From: a virus
Reading direction: 5' to 3' (one strand)
DNA: 64,000 nucleotides
Virus record (IMG/VR): IMGVR_UViG_3300030098_005028
Coordinates: 1-64,000 of that record
Each line of letters opens with the position of its first letter. Positions within the stretch are counted from its first letter, which is position 1. Below, in pieces: positions 18,067 through 26,715 of the stretch. The notes under the pieces were generated by a model. The model searched no databases. It had not been told where the DNA came from and saw only the letters and a list, made by a program, of their open reading frames with translations. Made by a program: the position numbers and the translations under genes.

Positions 18067-18564
18067 ATGGCTTGGACTACAGACATGGTTACTATATTGA
18101 GGTATATCATTGATGATGTAGACTCGCCTCAAACTTATGCTGATTCTAGACTACAAACTCTTATAGTAACAGCAGCACAATTAACCAAAGAAGATGTAAC
18201 TTTTTCTAAAACATATACTCTTAACATAGCAAGTGCGACTATAAGTCCAGATCCCACTGATGACACAAGGGATGACGGTTTTATAAATCTTGTTTGTTTG
18301 AAGGCAGCTTGTCTTTTAGCAGGGGCAGAATTCAAGACAGAAGCCTCCAAGGGAATTATGGTTAGAGATGGCTCTGCTTCCATTGACACACGAGGGGTTT
18401 CACAGTCTAAAAAAGACTGGAGAGATCATATATGTGAAAATTACGCAAAAGCTGAAAGAGACTTTAAGACGGGTAATAGCAAAGTTGGAGAAGCGATTGT
18501 TGGGCCTTATAGAAATTTCGCAAATCAACGTGGCTTACATCCACGAGATAGAGGTACATTTTAG
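18067..18564 (+). CDS. Head-tail adaptor (neck) protein
   Basis: After MCP; LRYIIDD....YADSRL helical pattern; GGAG RBS supports ATG 18067. Confidence 0.65.
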   Translation: MAWTTDMVTILRYIIDDVDSPQTYADSRLQTLIVTAAQLTKEDVTFSKTYTLNIASATISPDPTDDTRDDGFINLVCLKAACLLAGAEFKTEASKGIMVRDGSASIDTRGVSQSKKDWRDHICENYAKAERDFKTGNSKVGEAIVGPYRNFANQRGLHPRDRGTF

Positions 18565-18578
18565 TTAGGAGATAAAAA

Positions 18579-18803
18579 ATGGCTAACGATATAGCAAAAG
18601 CGATAAACGCAAACGATATCAGAAACGGTTCGGTAGTAGTAACTTGTCCTGTTTCTGGAAATTTTATTACAGATAATAGTGGTGATCAGGGAGATGGTGA
18701 TACACCAGATCAAAGTCGAGATAAAAAGAACGACCCTTCTATCACTGAAATACAAGATAAATTTGATAATAAATTTGATGATATAAGTTATTACAATAAT
18801 TAA
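18579..18803 (+). CDS. Small acidic hypothetical virion protein
   Basis: AGGAG RBS, 74 aa, within the structural module. Confidence 0.6.
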   Translation: MANDIAKAINANDIRNGSVVVTCPVSGNFITDNSGDQGDGDTPDQSRDKKNDPSITEIQDKFDNKFDDISYYNN

Positions 18804-18822
18804 CATTTAAGAGGAACTTGAG

Positions 18823-19122
18823 ATGCCTACATCAACAACTTTTAAAACAGGAAGAAAAGCAGATGTCAATGCTTCTGCTGTTCAAATGACAACAGATACT
18901 ACTAAAGGTGACTATGGTGTATTAGTTAGGGCTGGATCTGGTAATTCAGGAAAACTTTATATTGGCAATAGCTCTGGCGTTACTGCTAACTCTGCTGACG
19001 CTACAGATGGATTCCCACTTTCTGCTGGAGAGAGTGTTGTCGTAAAAGTTAGAAGTCCTGATCAAATTTACGTTATTGCAGACGGGGCTAATAACGATGA
19101 CTTGTGGTGGATGTTAGTATAA
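18823..19122 (+). CDS. Small beta-rich virion protein
   Basis: V.A...N.G.LYIG...VT...GFPLSAGES pattern; GAGG RBS. Confidence 0.6.
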   Translation: MPTSTTFKTGRKADVNASAVQMTTDTTKGDYGVLVRAGSGNSGKLYIGNSSGVTANSADATDGFPLSAGESVVVKVRSPDQIYVIADGANNDDLWWMLV

Positions 19123-19922
19123 GGCAATTTACAATGGCTCATAACCCAATGGGTGACGGTTGGACTGACGATCCTGTATTTGAAAATAGCTGGTTGACTG
19201 TTGGTGGCGGAACTACACTAACAATCGACCTTGCTACCAGCGATGCAAGCCCAAGCGCCAATCATGACACTGGTCAATTCACAAAATTGAACACCTACAG
19301 TTCTTCTATTCCAACAACCTTCGATAGTTACATTCAAAGGGGTCATGATTATCGTTCGATTGGAATTACGTTTTCAAGTTACAGCGGACAGTATGATTTC
19401 TATCATCCGTATTTTCGATTTGTGAATGTGGGAGTCCCGCAAGGTTCAACTATCAGCAGTGCATATTTGATACTTGAAGTCCCTGCGTCTCCTGCTGGTT
19501 ACCCAGCATCTGACGGAGACACCTTCAGAATTGCTGGTTATGATTCTGATGATGTATCACAGCCGTCAACAGGTTCAGATGGTGCGATGAGTTTACACAC
19601 GTCAGCTACTGTAGATGGCTGGCAACTTCCCTCAGATGAGGGTATTACAACTTCTCCAGACATTAAAACGATTATTCAGGAAATAGTAGACCGTGTTGGT
19701 TGGTCTTCGGGGAACGATATGATGTTTATGGTTTGGCAACCAACAGCACAATCATCTACTTATAGACGTTATTACAACACTGGAAAAGATTCAGATGACA
19801 CAGCACCACAGTTGGAGATTACATACTCATGATGAAGATATAAGAAAGGTAATTGACAATGGCTCATAACCCAATGGGTGACGGTTGGACTGACGATTCT
19901 GTATTTGAAAATAGCTGGCTGA
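19121..19922 (+). repeat. 77-bp direct repeat covering RBS and first codons of two tandem genes
   Basis: 19121-19197 versus 19846-19922, 4 mismatches, 725 bp apart. Confidence 0.9.
19134..19832 (+). CDS. Virion surface protein, DNRLRE/CBM-like beta-sandwich (copy 1)
   Basis: FRFVNVGVPQGSTISSAYL, SPDIKTIIQEIVDRVGWSSGN, APQLEITY. Confidence 0.65.
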   Translation: MAHNPMGDGWTDDPVFENSWLTVGGGTTLTIDLATSDASPSANHDTGQFTKLNTYSSSIPTTFDSYIQRGHDYRSIGITFSSYSGQYDFYHPYFRFVNVGVPQGSTISSAYLILEVPASPAGYPASDGDTFRIAGYDSDDVSQPSTGSDGAMSLHTSATVDGWQLPSDEGITTSPDIKTIIQEIVDRVGWSSGNDMMFMVWQPTAQSSTYRRYYNTGKDSDDTAPQLEITYS

Positions 19923-20560
19923 ATGTCCCTGCTGATTCAACTACTACTAATACTTATACTATAAGTACAGGCGCTGATGACGGCGTGGCTCGAAGATCCA
20001 ACGGTGGCAGCACAAATAGTTATTACAACACAGGATTTTCAAATAGTAGTGCAAAAAATTACGTTGGTGTGCAGGATGATGAAGGTGCTAATGATTACTA
20101 TGCATGTTACTTTAGATTCAATAATGTCGTTGCAGAACAAGGAGCTACTATTCAGAGTGCCTACTTTAAGTTTAATAAGGTAGGGTTTGCAGGTGGTGCA
20201 GGCGACTATGATTTCTATGTAGCTGCTTATGACGGCGATAATGAAACTGCGCCAACTACACATAGCCATCTTAATCATATTAACTACACCACAGCAGAAG
20301 TCGCTTGGGGTAATAATACAGATACTGGAAACGGAACGCTTAGAAGTGCAGCTAATGGAACCATTTTAAGCTCTCCCGATATTAAAACTGCAATTCAGGA
20401 GGTTGTGGATAGGCCGGGATGGTCTTCAGGCAATAGTATAGTTATCGCATTCTATGCAAAGGTTGAAGCAAGTAGTAGTACTAATTGGATTCAAATGGTA
20501 CGAATTGAAATGTACGACGACTCAGGAGATGACCCTGCTCAATTAGAAATAACGGTATAG
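19859..20560 (+). CDS. Virion surface protein, DNRLRE/CBM-like beta-sandwich (copy 2)
   Basis: FRFNNVVAEQGATIQSAYF, SPDIKTAIQEVVDRPGWSSGN, PAQLEITV. Confidence 0.65.
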   Translation: MAHNPMGDGWTDDSVFENSWLNVPADSTTTNTYTISTGADDGVARRSNGGSTNSYYNTGFSNSSAKNYVGVQDDEGANDYYACYFRFNNVVAEQGATIQSAYFKFNKVGFAGGAGDYDFYVAAYDGDNETAPTTHSHLNHINYTTAEVAWGNNTDTGNGTLRSAANGTILSSPDIKTAIQEVVDRPGWSSGNSIVIAFYAKVEASSSTNWIQMVRIEMYDDSGDDPAQLEITV

Positions 20561-20586
20561 AAGAAGATATAAAATAAGGATTTATT

Positions 20587-20784
20587 ATGACTGTTATGCA
20601 TAGCCCAGAGGGTGCTAAGTGGGAGTTAGAAGAGGAGTTGCAGTGGACTTGGATGAAAAATAGACTGCAAGAAACAGAAGACGAAATAGCGGAAGATGAC
20701 TGGTTAGAATTACAGTATTCAAATCATATTTTGTTTAAGGCAGAAAAAGATGGCAGACAAACTTCCGAATTTGGGAAATTTTAA
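20587..20784 (+). CDS. Small protein sharing the H-x-P-x-G-x2-W-x9-W N-terminal motif
   Basis: AAGGA RBS; HSPEGAKWELEEELQWTW. Confidence 0.55.
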   Translation: MTVMHSPEGAKWELEEELQWTWMKNRLQETEDEIAEDDWLELQYSNHILFKAEKDGRQTSEFGKF

Positions 20785-21280
20785 CATTCCTACTAGTGTG
20801 ATTGACACGCACGAATGGGCTACTGACTCTTTTATAGACACTTTAGGAAAAACTTGTCAGTTAGTATATCCTCCCAAAAGAACTCAATGTCCTAACTGTT
20901 TCTTAGACCCAAGAAGCGGAAGATCTACTAATCGTTATAGGAGTGGAGGCCCTGTGCCATTTCCTAACAATACTATATGTCCTTGGTGTGCTGGTGAGGG
21001 CCGAAAAGAAAAACAGGCTACAGAAAATATAAATTTGAGAGTTTATTGGAGTCCTAGAGAGTGGATTGATATTGCCCCAGAGCAATTCAAAAAATCAGGA
21101 GACATGGTTCAAGTAATTGGATACCTTTCTCAACTGCCAAAATTAGAAAGAGCAGTAGAAATTATTATAAATCATTCAATAAGTGAACTTACACGACTTA
21201 GATGCGAAAGAGCAGGAGAAGCTGTTCCTCATGGTTTTAGGCAAAATAGATACTTTATTCAAATGTTAAAGAGGGTCTAA
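20750..21280 (+). CDS. Head-closure protein with Zn-finger
   Basis: CPNC...CPWC pairs; neck-module position. Confidence 0.6.
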   Translation: MADKLPNLGNFNIPTSVIDTHEWATDSFIDTLGKTCQLVYPPKRTQCPNCFLDPRSGRSTNRYRSGGPVPFPNNTICPWCAGEGRKEKQATENINLRVYWSPREWIDIAPEQFKKSGDMVQVIGYLSQLPKLERAVEIIINHSISELTRLRCERAGEAVPHGFRQNRYFIQMLKRV

Positions 21281-21936
21281 TGTCTATCAACATTCCACTA
21301 GAAATGGGTATTGAAATAGTAACACCCGTCAACCAAATTTATTCTATGATAGTCAAGGCTATTGGCTTTGAGTTAAATGCAAGATTAAGAAAGTTGATAC
21401 CAAAGCTTGAAACTCTTATTGGAGAAAAATTAGAAGAGCAAATTAAGAGACACCCAACCACAGAGGCTCTGCAAAACGGAACATTAAGAACCGAGCTAGG
21501 GCTTGTGAATCCAACGCAAGCAGTATCAGATATAATTAGTACTGTAAGATCAAGTGTAAATGTAATTTCTCAAGGTTTTACTATTGGCCCAAGATCAATT
21601 AAAGGCGGTTTTAAGGTTGTGGCAATACCAAAAGGATTTTCAGATTTATTATCTTTGCCTATTGCTCAATATGAGTCTGAAAACGGTTTTGACATACCTT
21701 GGTTGCAATGGTTGTTACTTGAGGGTCGTTCTCCAGTCGTAAGAAAATATAAAATACAGTTTAACAGACCTAAATCATCGAGAACTGATGACGCAATCAT
21801 GAGAATGTATGGTGCAGGAGAATGGGCAGTTCCAGCAGCACATGCTGGCGACAGAGAAAAGAATTTCATTACAGAAAATCTCGATGGGCTAAAAGACGAA
21901 ATAGCGGGTATGGTTCAAAAAGGACTTATGAAATAA
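21280..21936 (+). CDS. Neck/tail-completion protein
   Basis: Gene position; PWLQWLLLEG and NFIT motifs. Confidence 0.5.
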   Translation: MSINIPLEMGIEIVTPVNQIYSMIVKAIGFELNARLRKLIPKLETLIGEKLEEQIKRHPTTEALQNGTLRTELGLVNPTQAVSDIISTVRSSVNVISQGFTIGPRSIKGGFKVVAIPKGFSDLLSLPIAQYESENGFDIPWLQWLLLEGRSPVVRKYKIQFNRPKSSRTDDAIMRMYGAGEWAVPAAHAGDREKNFITENLDGLKDEIAGMVQKGLMK

Positions 21937-22976
21937 TGGCTATCTCTGAACCGACAAAGTTTAAGGGCGTAACCCACATAGGAAAAGATCTGGTTACTCA
22001 GAATCTTCTTTATGGGGTTATTGATTTTTATCAATGGAGTTACCTTCAAATTGGAGGATTCCATAATGTTACGACTAGTCCTGACCTATCTGGTGTCTAT
22101 GGAGGACACAGAAATAGATTAAGACCTGCCACAGATCCATATTACACTGATGGTCAAGTTTGGGAGGGACTTCGCTCTGATTGGGTTTGGGAAACAGGCA
22201 TCCCAACAGATTATATAAATCAAGAGCCAATTAGAGTATCTGGAGTCCATATTGGAGGCACAACCTTTAAGACTGTAACTCCATTTAAGAATAGAGATAT
22301 CGAGTCTTCAGATGGGTTTGTTGATTATCCTCGTGGAAGAGTTATACTAAATACTCCTATAGATACTAATAGTGTTGTTACATGTGAACACTCTTATAGA
22401 CAAGTAAGTTTTGTAACTTCAGAAAGTCCTTGGATTCAAGAGCTTCAAGATGACTCATTCAGAGCAGATTATCCTGACGCAACTATAGCTGGGTCAGGTG
22501 CTTGGTCAACAATGCCAGAAGCACGAAGAAGTATGCCGTTTGTTGCTGTAGAAGCCACTCCAAGAAAAACTTTTAGACCACTACAAATTGGAGGAGGTCA
22601 GTATATAGACCAAGACGTTTATTTTCATGTATTTACAGAAAACGCTTGGGAAAGAGACCAGATTCTCGACACAATTAGTTACCAAAACAACAAGACAATA
22701 TACCTGACTGATCAAACAAGAATCAGAGCAGCTAAGAACTACCCAATAAATATAGATTATACAGGTTCTCCTGTCCCATCTAGCATGATGTATCCAGATA
22801 TGGTTGTGGCTTCTGGAACTAATACATCACCCATATTAAGTCGTTATGGAGGTGGTTTCAGGTGGAAATCTGCATATTCTAAAAACTCATCAGTACAAGA
22901 TGTTCAACAAATTGATTCTAATTTATATACGGGTATCATTAGAGTAACTTATGAGATTGAAGCAGCAGATCTATAA
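21936..22976 (+). CDS. Tail terminator-like protein
   Basis: Precedes the tube gene; MPFVAVE...DVYFHVFTENAWERDQILD; TAATG start/stop coupling at 21934-21938. Confidence 0.55.
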   Translation: MAISEPTKFKGVTHIGKDLVTQNLLYGVIDFYQWSYLQIGGFHNVTTSPDLSGVYGGHRNRLRPATDPYYTDGQVWEGLRSDWVWETGIPTDYINQEPIRVSGVHIGGTTFKTVTPFKNRDIESSDGFVDYPRGRVILNTPIDTNSVVTCEHSYRQVSFVTSESPWIQELQDDSFRADYPDATIAGSGAWSTMPEARRSMPFVAVEATPRKTFRPLQIGGGQYIDQDVYFHVFTENAWERDQILDTISYQNNKTIYLTDQTRIRAAKNYPINIDYTGSPVPSSMMYPDMVVASGTNTSPILSRYGGGFRWKSAYSKNSSVQDVQQIDSNLYTGIIRVTYEIEAADL

Positions 22977-22996
22977 AAGCATATTTGAGCCTTTTC

Positions 22997-23004
22997 TGGT
23001 GTAT
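22997..23004 (+). promoter_or_regulatory. Putative late promoter motif TGGTGTAT
   Basis: Intergenic, before the major tail protein. Confidence 0.65.
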
Positions 23005-23062
23005 TATTCATTAAGCACACATATATGCCCTTAAAGGATAGCTATCAAGGGAGATAATACAA

Positions 23063-24061
23063 ATGTCTAACAAGAGAATTTTTTACGCTTGTCAGTCGCT
23101 GGCCATATACAAGTCAGACATGACCAATCCAATTGAGGTTCATGGTCTACAAAGTGTTGGTATCACAACGACTTTCAATCTCGAACAGGTGTTTGAGATT
23201 GGGCAGCTTGCCATCTATGAAAACATCGAAACAGTACCAGATATTGAAGTAACTACAGAAAAGGTTTTAGATGGTTATCCACCTATTTTCCTTTTAGCCA
23301 CAAAAGAAGGCGCAGGCCCTACTCTTATCCAAAGGTCAAAAGCAAAGTGTAGTGCTATGCTTTCTATCTATAAGGATACGTCAGAGCAAGCTAGTGGAGT
23401 TGGTCAACATCAAGTTCTTCTTTCCGGTCTTTTCCCAACTAGTGTTGGTTACACTATGCCAGCAGAAGGTAACGCTACAGAATCTGTTACTTTAGCTGGA
23501 TATCATAAGTTCTGGGGAGGAGAAGCACTTTCAGTAAGTAATTTCGGTACTGACACACCTAAGACTGGTGTTCAGCGAAGAGAAGACTTCTTGATGGCTA
23601 CTTCTTTGCTTCCTACAGAAATTCGTGGTATTAATGCTCAGGGAGGGAACATTACTGCTGAAGAAGGTGGTGGTTTCAAAGCCAAAATCACTAACATTAA
23701 TGTAAATTGTGATCTTGGTAGAGAACAATTGTTTGAACTTGGAAAAAGAACTCCTTATCACAGATATGTTAGTTTTCCAGTTGAAGTTACAGCAGAGTTC
23801 ACAACTATTGGTCTTTCTGGCGACTTGGTTGACGCTGATGGAGACTCAACAAGTAACATTAGCAACCAAACAATTGACCTGAAAATGGCAGACGGTTTAC
23901 GTCTGAACTTAGGTGACAAGAATAAACTTCAGTCTGTTGGTTATTCTGGAGGTGACGCTGGTGGTGATAATGTTGAGATTACTTATAATTACCAGACCTT
24001 CAATGACTTTACAGTAACGCATCCTCACCCAGATGTCCATGCATCGGGTATGCCTCACTAG
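23063..24061 (+). CDS. Major tail tube protein (two-domain)
   Basis: Internal duplication (EQVFEIGQ...PDIEVT and EQLFELGK...PVEVT), strong RBS, followed by a terminator. Confidence 0.75.
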   Translation: MSNKRIFYACQSLAIYKSDMTNPIEVHGLQSVGITTTFNLEQVFEIGQLAIYENIETVPDIEVTTEKVLDGYPPIFLLATKEGAGPTLIQRSKAKCSAMLSIYKDTSEQASGVGQHQVLLSGLFPTSVGYTMPAEGNATESVTLAGYHKFWGGEALSVSNFGTDTPKTGVQRREDFLMATSLLPTEIRGINAQGGNITAEEGGGFKAKITNINVNCDLGREQLFELGKRTPYHRYVSFPVEVTAEFTTIGLSGDLVDADGDSTSNISNQTIDLKMADGLRLNLGDKNKLQSVGYSGGDAGGDNVEITYNYQTFNDFTVTHPHPDVHASGMPH

Positions 24062-24085
24062 TATTGTCTATAATTTGAATTTGAT

Positions 24086-24121
24086 GGGGGGCGGTTGGTC
24101 TATTGGCTGACCGCCTCTTTT
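24086..24121 (+). terminator. Rho-independent terminator after the tail tube gene
   Basis: GGGGCGGTTGGTC-TATT-GGCTGACCGCCTC plus TTTT (several G-U pairs). Confidence 0.7.
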
Positions 24122-24145
24122 CGTGGAACACTAAGGAACTAAAGA

Positions 24146-24328
24146 ATGGATCAGCAACAAGAAAATCATCTGAATTATGATGATGTTTGTAGGATTATTG
24201 GTGACATCTATTTAAAGTCTTTTGAGACTCTGAAAAAACAAAACAAAGAAGCTGACTCTTTGAGACTTGCTTTGCAAAAAAAGATAGACAGTCTTACTTC
24301 AGAGGTAGAGGCTTTGAAAGGTGGATAG
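24146..24328 (+). CDS. Small coiled-coil hypothetical protein
   Basis: AAGGA RBS, 60 aa. Confidence 0.6.
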   Translation: MDQQQENHLNYDDVCRIIGDIYLKSFETLKKQNKEADSLRLALQKKIDSLTSEVEALKGG

Positions 24329-25358
24329 AGACTATGAAAGATATAATGTTTATAGAATATTGTCTGGCGTGTTTAAAATTGAGTTAGATGAGGATACTTA
24401 TTATCTAAGCTCAAATACAAAAGAAGACAGGTTCCATCAACAAGAACTATATTTTGAAATATATAGGCAGGCTGAAAGTCTGGGGTGTATAAAACTCGAA
24501 GAGTCGTACATTTTGCTTGCCGACAAAGGAGGGTGGGGTTCTAAACAGGAAATGGAATTAAAATCCATTCCTAATAAGATCATTAGCTTAAAACATCAAA
24601 TATATAAATCTTTTAATACTACAAAGATAAGAGAAAATTTAAGAAACAAGTTAAAAGCGTCAGAAGAAAGACACAACAATTTATTATCTAAAAAAAATTC
24701 TCTAATGAGTGGTACGTGTGAAGGTATAGCCAGCTTATTTTCTAGTTACTATTCTATGTATACAAAGATTACAGATAAGAATAGACAATATATAAAACAC
24801 AAATTTAATTTTGAAGACTTGGACTATAGGATTTTAGAAAAAGCACATAGGATGAATAACCTAATTAGGTTAGATGAGTCTGAAATTAGAACTCTTTCAA
24901 GAAGTGATTCTTGGAGGAACATTTGGTCTTCAAGGGAGAATTCAAAAGGGATTTTTAATATTTATGCAGACGATTTAGATGATGAACAATCTTCATTGTT
25001 GTCTTGGTCTAAATTTTATGATGATGTTAGAAGCAATCCAGATTGTCCTCCTGAAGAGATACTTAATGATCATGATGCTACCGATGGATGGATAAAAGAA
25101 ATGGCAGAAAAAAATAAAGAAGATAAAAAAGATTCAAAAGACATGACTGGTACAGAAATATTTCTTCCAGCAGATACAGATGAAGAAATTCAAAGAATCA
25201 ATAGCATGAATGATGTTTCTGCAAGAATGACAAAGAGGTTAAGAGAGAAGGCGATTGATAAAAGTGGCGGTCTTAATGAAGCCGAATTGCCTGACGTAAA
25301 AGTTGACCTACAAAGACAAGCAACACAGATGCACGCTAATAAATTTAGAGGGGGATAA
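24321..25358 (+). CDS. Hypothetical protein, possible tail assembly chaperone
   Basis: Helical and charged, between tube and TMP. Confidence 0.5.
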   Translation: MDRDYERYNVYRILSGVFKIELDEDTYYLSSNTKEDRFHQQELYFEIYRQAESLGCIKLEESYILLADKGGWGSKQEMELKSIPNKIISLKHQIYKSFNTTKIRENLRNKLKASEERHNNLLSKKNSLMSGTCEGIASLFSSYYSMYTKITDKNRQYIKHKFNFEDLDYRILEKAHRMNNLIRLDESEIRTLSRSDSWRNIWSSRENSKGIFNIYADDLDDEQSSLLSWSKFYDDVRSNPDCPPEEILNDHDATDGWIKEMAEKNKEDKKDSKDMTGTEIFLPADTDEEIQRINSMNDVSARMTKRLREKAIDKSGGLNEAELPDVKVDLQRQATQMHANKFRGG

Positions 25359-25359
25359 A

Positions 25360-25743
25360 ATGGAAAAGCCACTAGATTTTAAAAATATGAAAGCAATAAA
25401 AAGTAGAATGGCCGAGTATAATCGAAAGAAATACGAAAGCGATTCTAAAAATAGATTATGCAATATAATAGAGACAAAAGTAAAAACATCTTTTATTGGT
25501 GCTATATCTCAGTTTGAGGAAAACTTTGGCTTTTTATGGGGTCATGGACAATCTGATGAATTAGAAGAAGATCAAAAGCTAATGAAAGAAATTTGGGAAA
25601 AAACTAGAACACATATATTGAACAATGGAAACAATCAGATAAGAGCAGCTTCTAATGAAATAGAACTGTATACTATCAATTGGGAAAGACATACGATGGA
25701 ATTGCCAGTTAAACCAATCAAAGAAACCGAGGAGGAAAAGTAA
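25360..25743 (+). CDS. Hypothetical protein
   Basis: GAGGGGG RBS supports ATG 25360. Confidence 0.6.
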   Translation: MEKPLDFKNMKAIKSRMAEYNRKKYESDSKNRLCNIIETKVKTSFIGAISQFEENFGFLWGHGQSDELEEDQKLMKEIWEKTRTHILNNGNNQIRAASNEIELYTINWERHTMELPVKPIKETEEEK

Positions 25744-26636
25744 TGGCAGACGATAAAAAATTAGGTACTTTTGAAGTTGAAATTGATGGAAAGACAGTAG
25801 AACTTGCTGTAATCCAACAAACAGCACAGGTGGCTCAAAATGCAAGCCTAGAGTACAACAAGACCTTTAGTGCTTCTGTCAAGTCAGGATCATTGCTTCG
25901 TATTCAGCTTGAAAACTACTTATCAAAAGAAGATATTTGGACAGAAGAAAAAGCCAAGAGATACGATGAAATTCTAGATCTTATTGGAAAACATGAGCAA
26001 ACTTTAGCTAAAGGTGGTATTAAATTATCTCAAGCAAGAGAAGCTGCTATTGAGCTAAGAATTCTTAGATCCTCTCTTAGAGAGTTAATTTCAGAAAGAA
26101 CTGAGCTTGAATCTAACACTGCTGAAGGACAATCTGAAAACGCAAGGTTTAATTATATTATTGCTCACACAGTGGTGTATAGTGATACAGAGGAAAAGTA
26201 TTTTAATGGGGTTGAGGGATACTTAAACTCAGCAACAACTCAACTAACCATTGAAATTGCATCCAAAGCTGCCGAAATTTTATATGGTCTTGGTGATACA
26301 TATGAAAAAGGCCTTCCAGAAAATCAATTTTTACTTAAATACAAACTAGCAAATGATGAACTTCACTTAATAGATAAAGAAGGTAATCTTTGTGATATGT
26401 CGTTTAATAGGATTGATGATGAAGGCTACAGGCTTGATGAAGAAGGAAACCGAATTGATGTACAAGGTAAGCCTCTCGATCAGAGTGGCAATTACGATTA
26501 TGGTGAAGATTTCACTGAATTTGTAGATGATATTTGGGAAGAAAAGAAAACAAAAAAGCGAGGAAGACCTAAAAAGACTGTTGAGGCAAAAGCTGAAACT
26601 CAGTCTGAGCCTGAAGAGGCTTCGGTCGATTCGTAA
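25743..26636 (+). CDS. Probable tail assembly chaperone
   Basis: Directly upstream of TMP; acidic, with D-x-x-G-N repeats near the C-terminus. Confidence 0.5.
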   Translation: MADDKKLGTFEVEIDGKTVELAVIQQTAQVAQNASLEYNKTFSASVKSGSLLRIQLENYLSKEDIWTEEKAKRYDEILDLIGKHEQTLAKGGIKLSQAREAAIELRILRSSLRELISERTELESNTAEGQSENARFNYIIAHTVVYSDTEEKYFNGVEGYLNSATTQLTIEIASKAAEILYGLGDTYEKGLPENQFLLKYKLANDELHLIDKEGNLCDMSFNRIDDEGYRLDEEGNRIDVQGKPLDQSGNYDYGEDFTEFVDDIWEEKKTKKRGRPKKTVEAKAETQSEPEEASVDS

Positions 26637-26643
26637 AGATAGT

Positions 26644-26699
26644 GGCTATGCCGGTAAGTATTCTTCAAAAAATACAATACCGGTATGGCCTTATTTTTT
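26644..26699 (+). terminator. Terminator/attenuator-like hairpin before TMP
   Basis: GGCTATGCCGGTA...TACCGGTATGGCC followed by TTATTTTTT. Confidence 0.65.
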
Positions 26700-26715
26700 A
26701 TAGAGGGGTGGATTA

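Noticed and set aside
19121-19922. Diversity-generating retroelement TR/VR pair
   Set aside because: Repeats are at gene 5' ends, the four mismatches are not at adenines, and no reverse transcriptase is in the window
24277-24283. A_AAA_AAG slippery site as a tail chaperone frameshift
   Set aside because: The -1 frame is not the frame of the next gene, and the +1 frame hits TAG immediately
26552-26558. A_AAA_AAG slippery site near the end of the pre-TMP gene
   Set aside because: The -1 frame stops after four codons; the site is explained by Lys-rich coding
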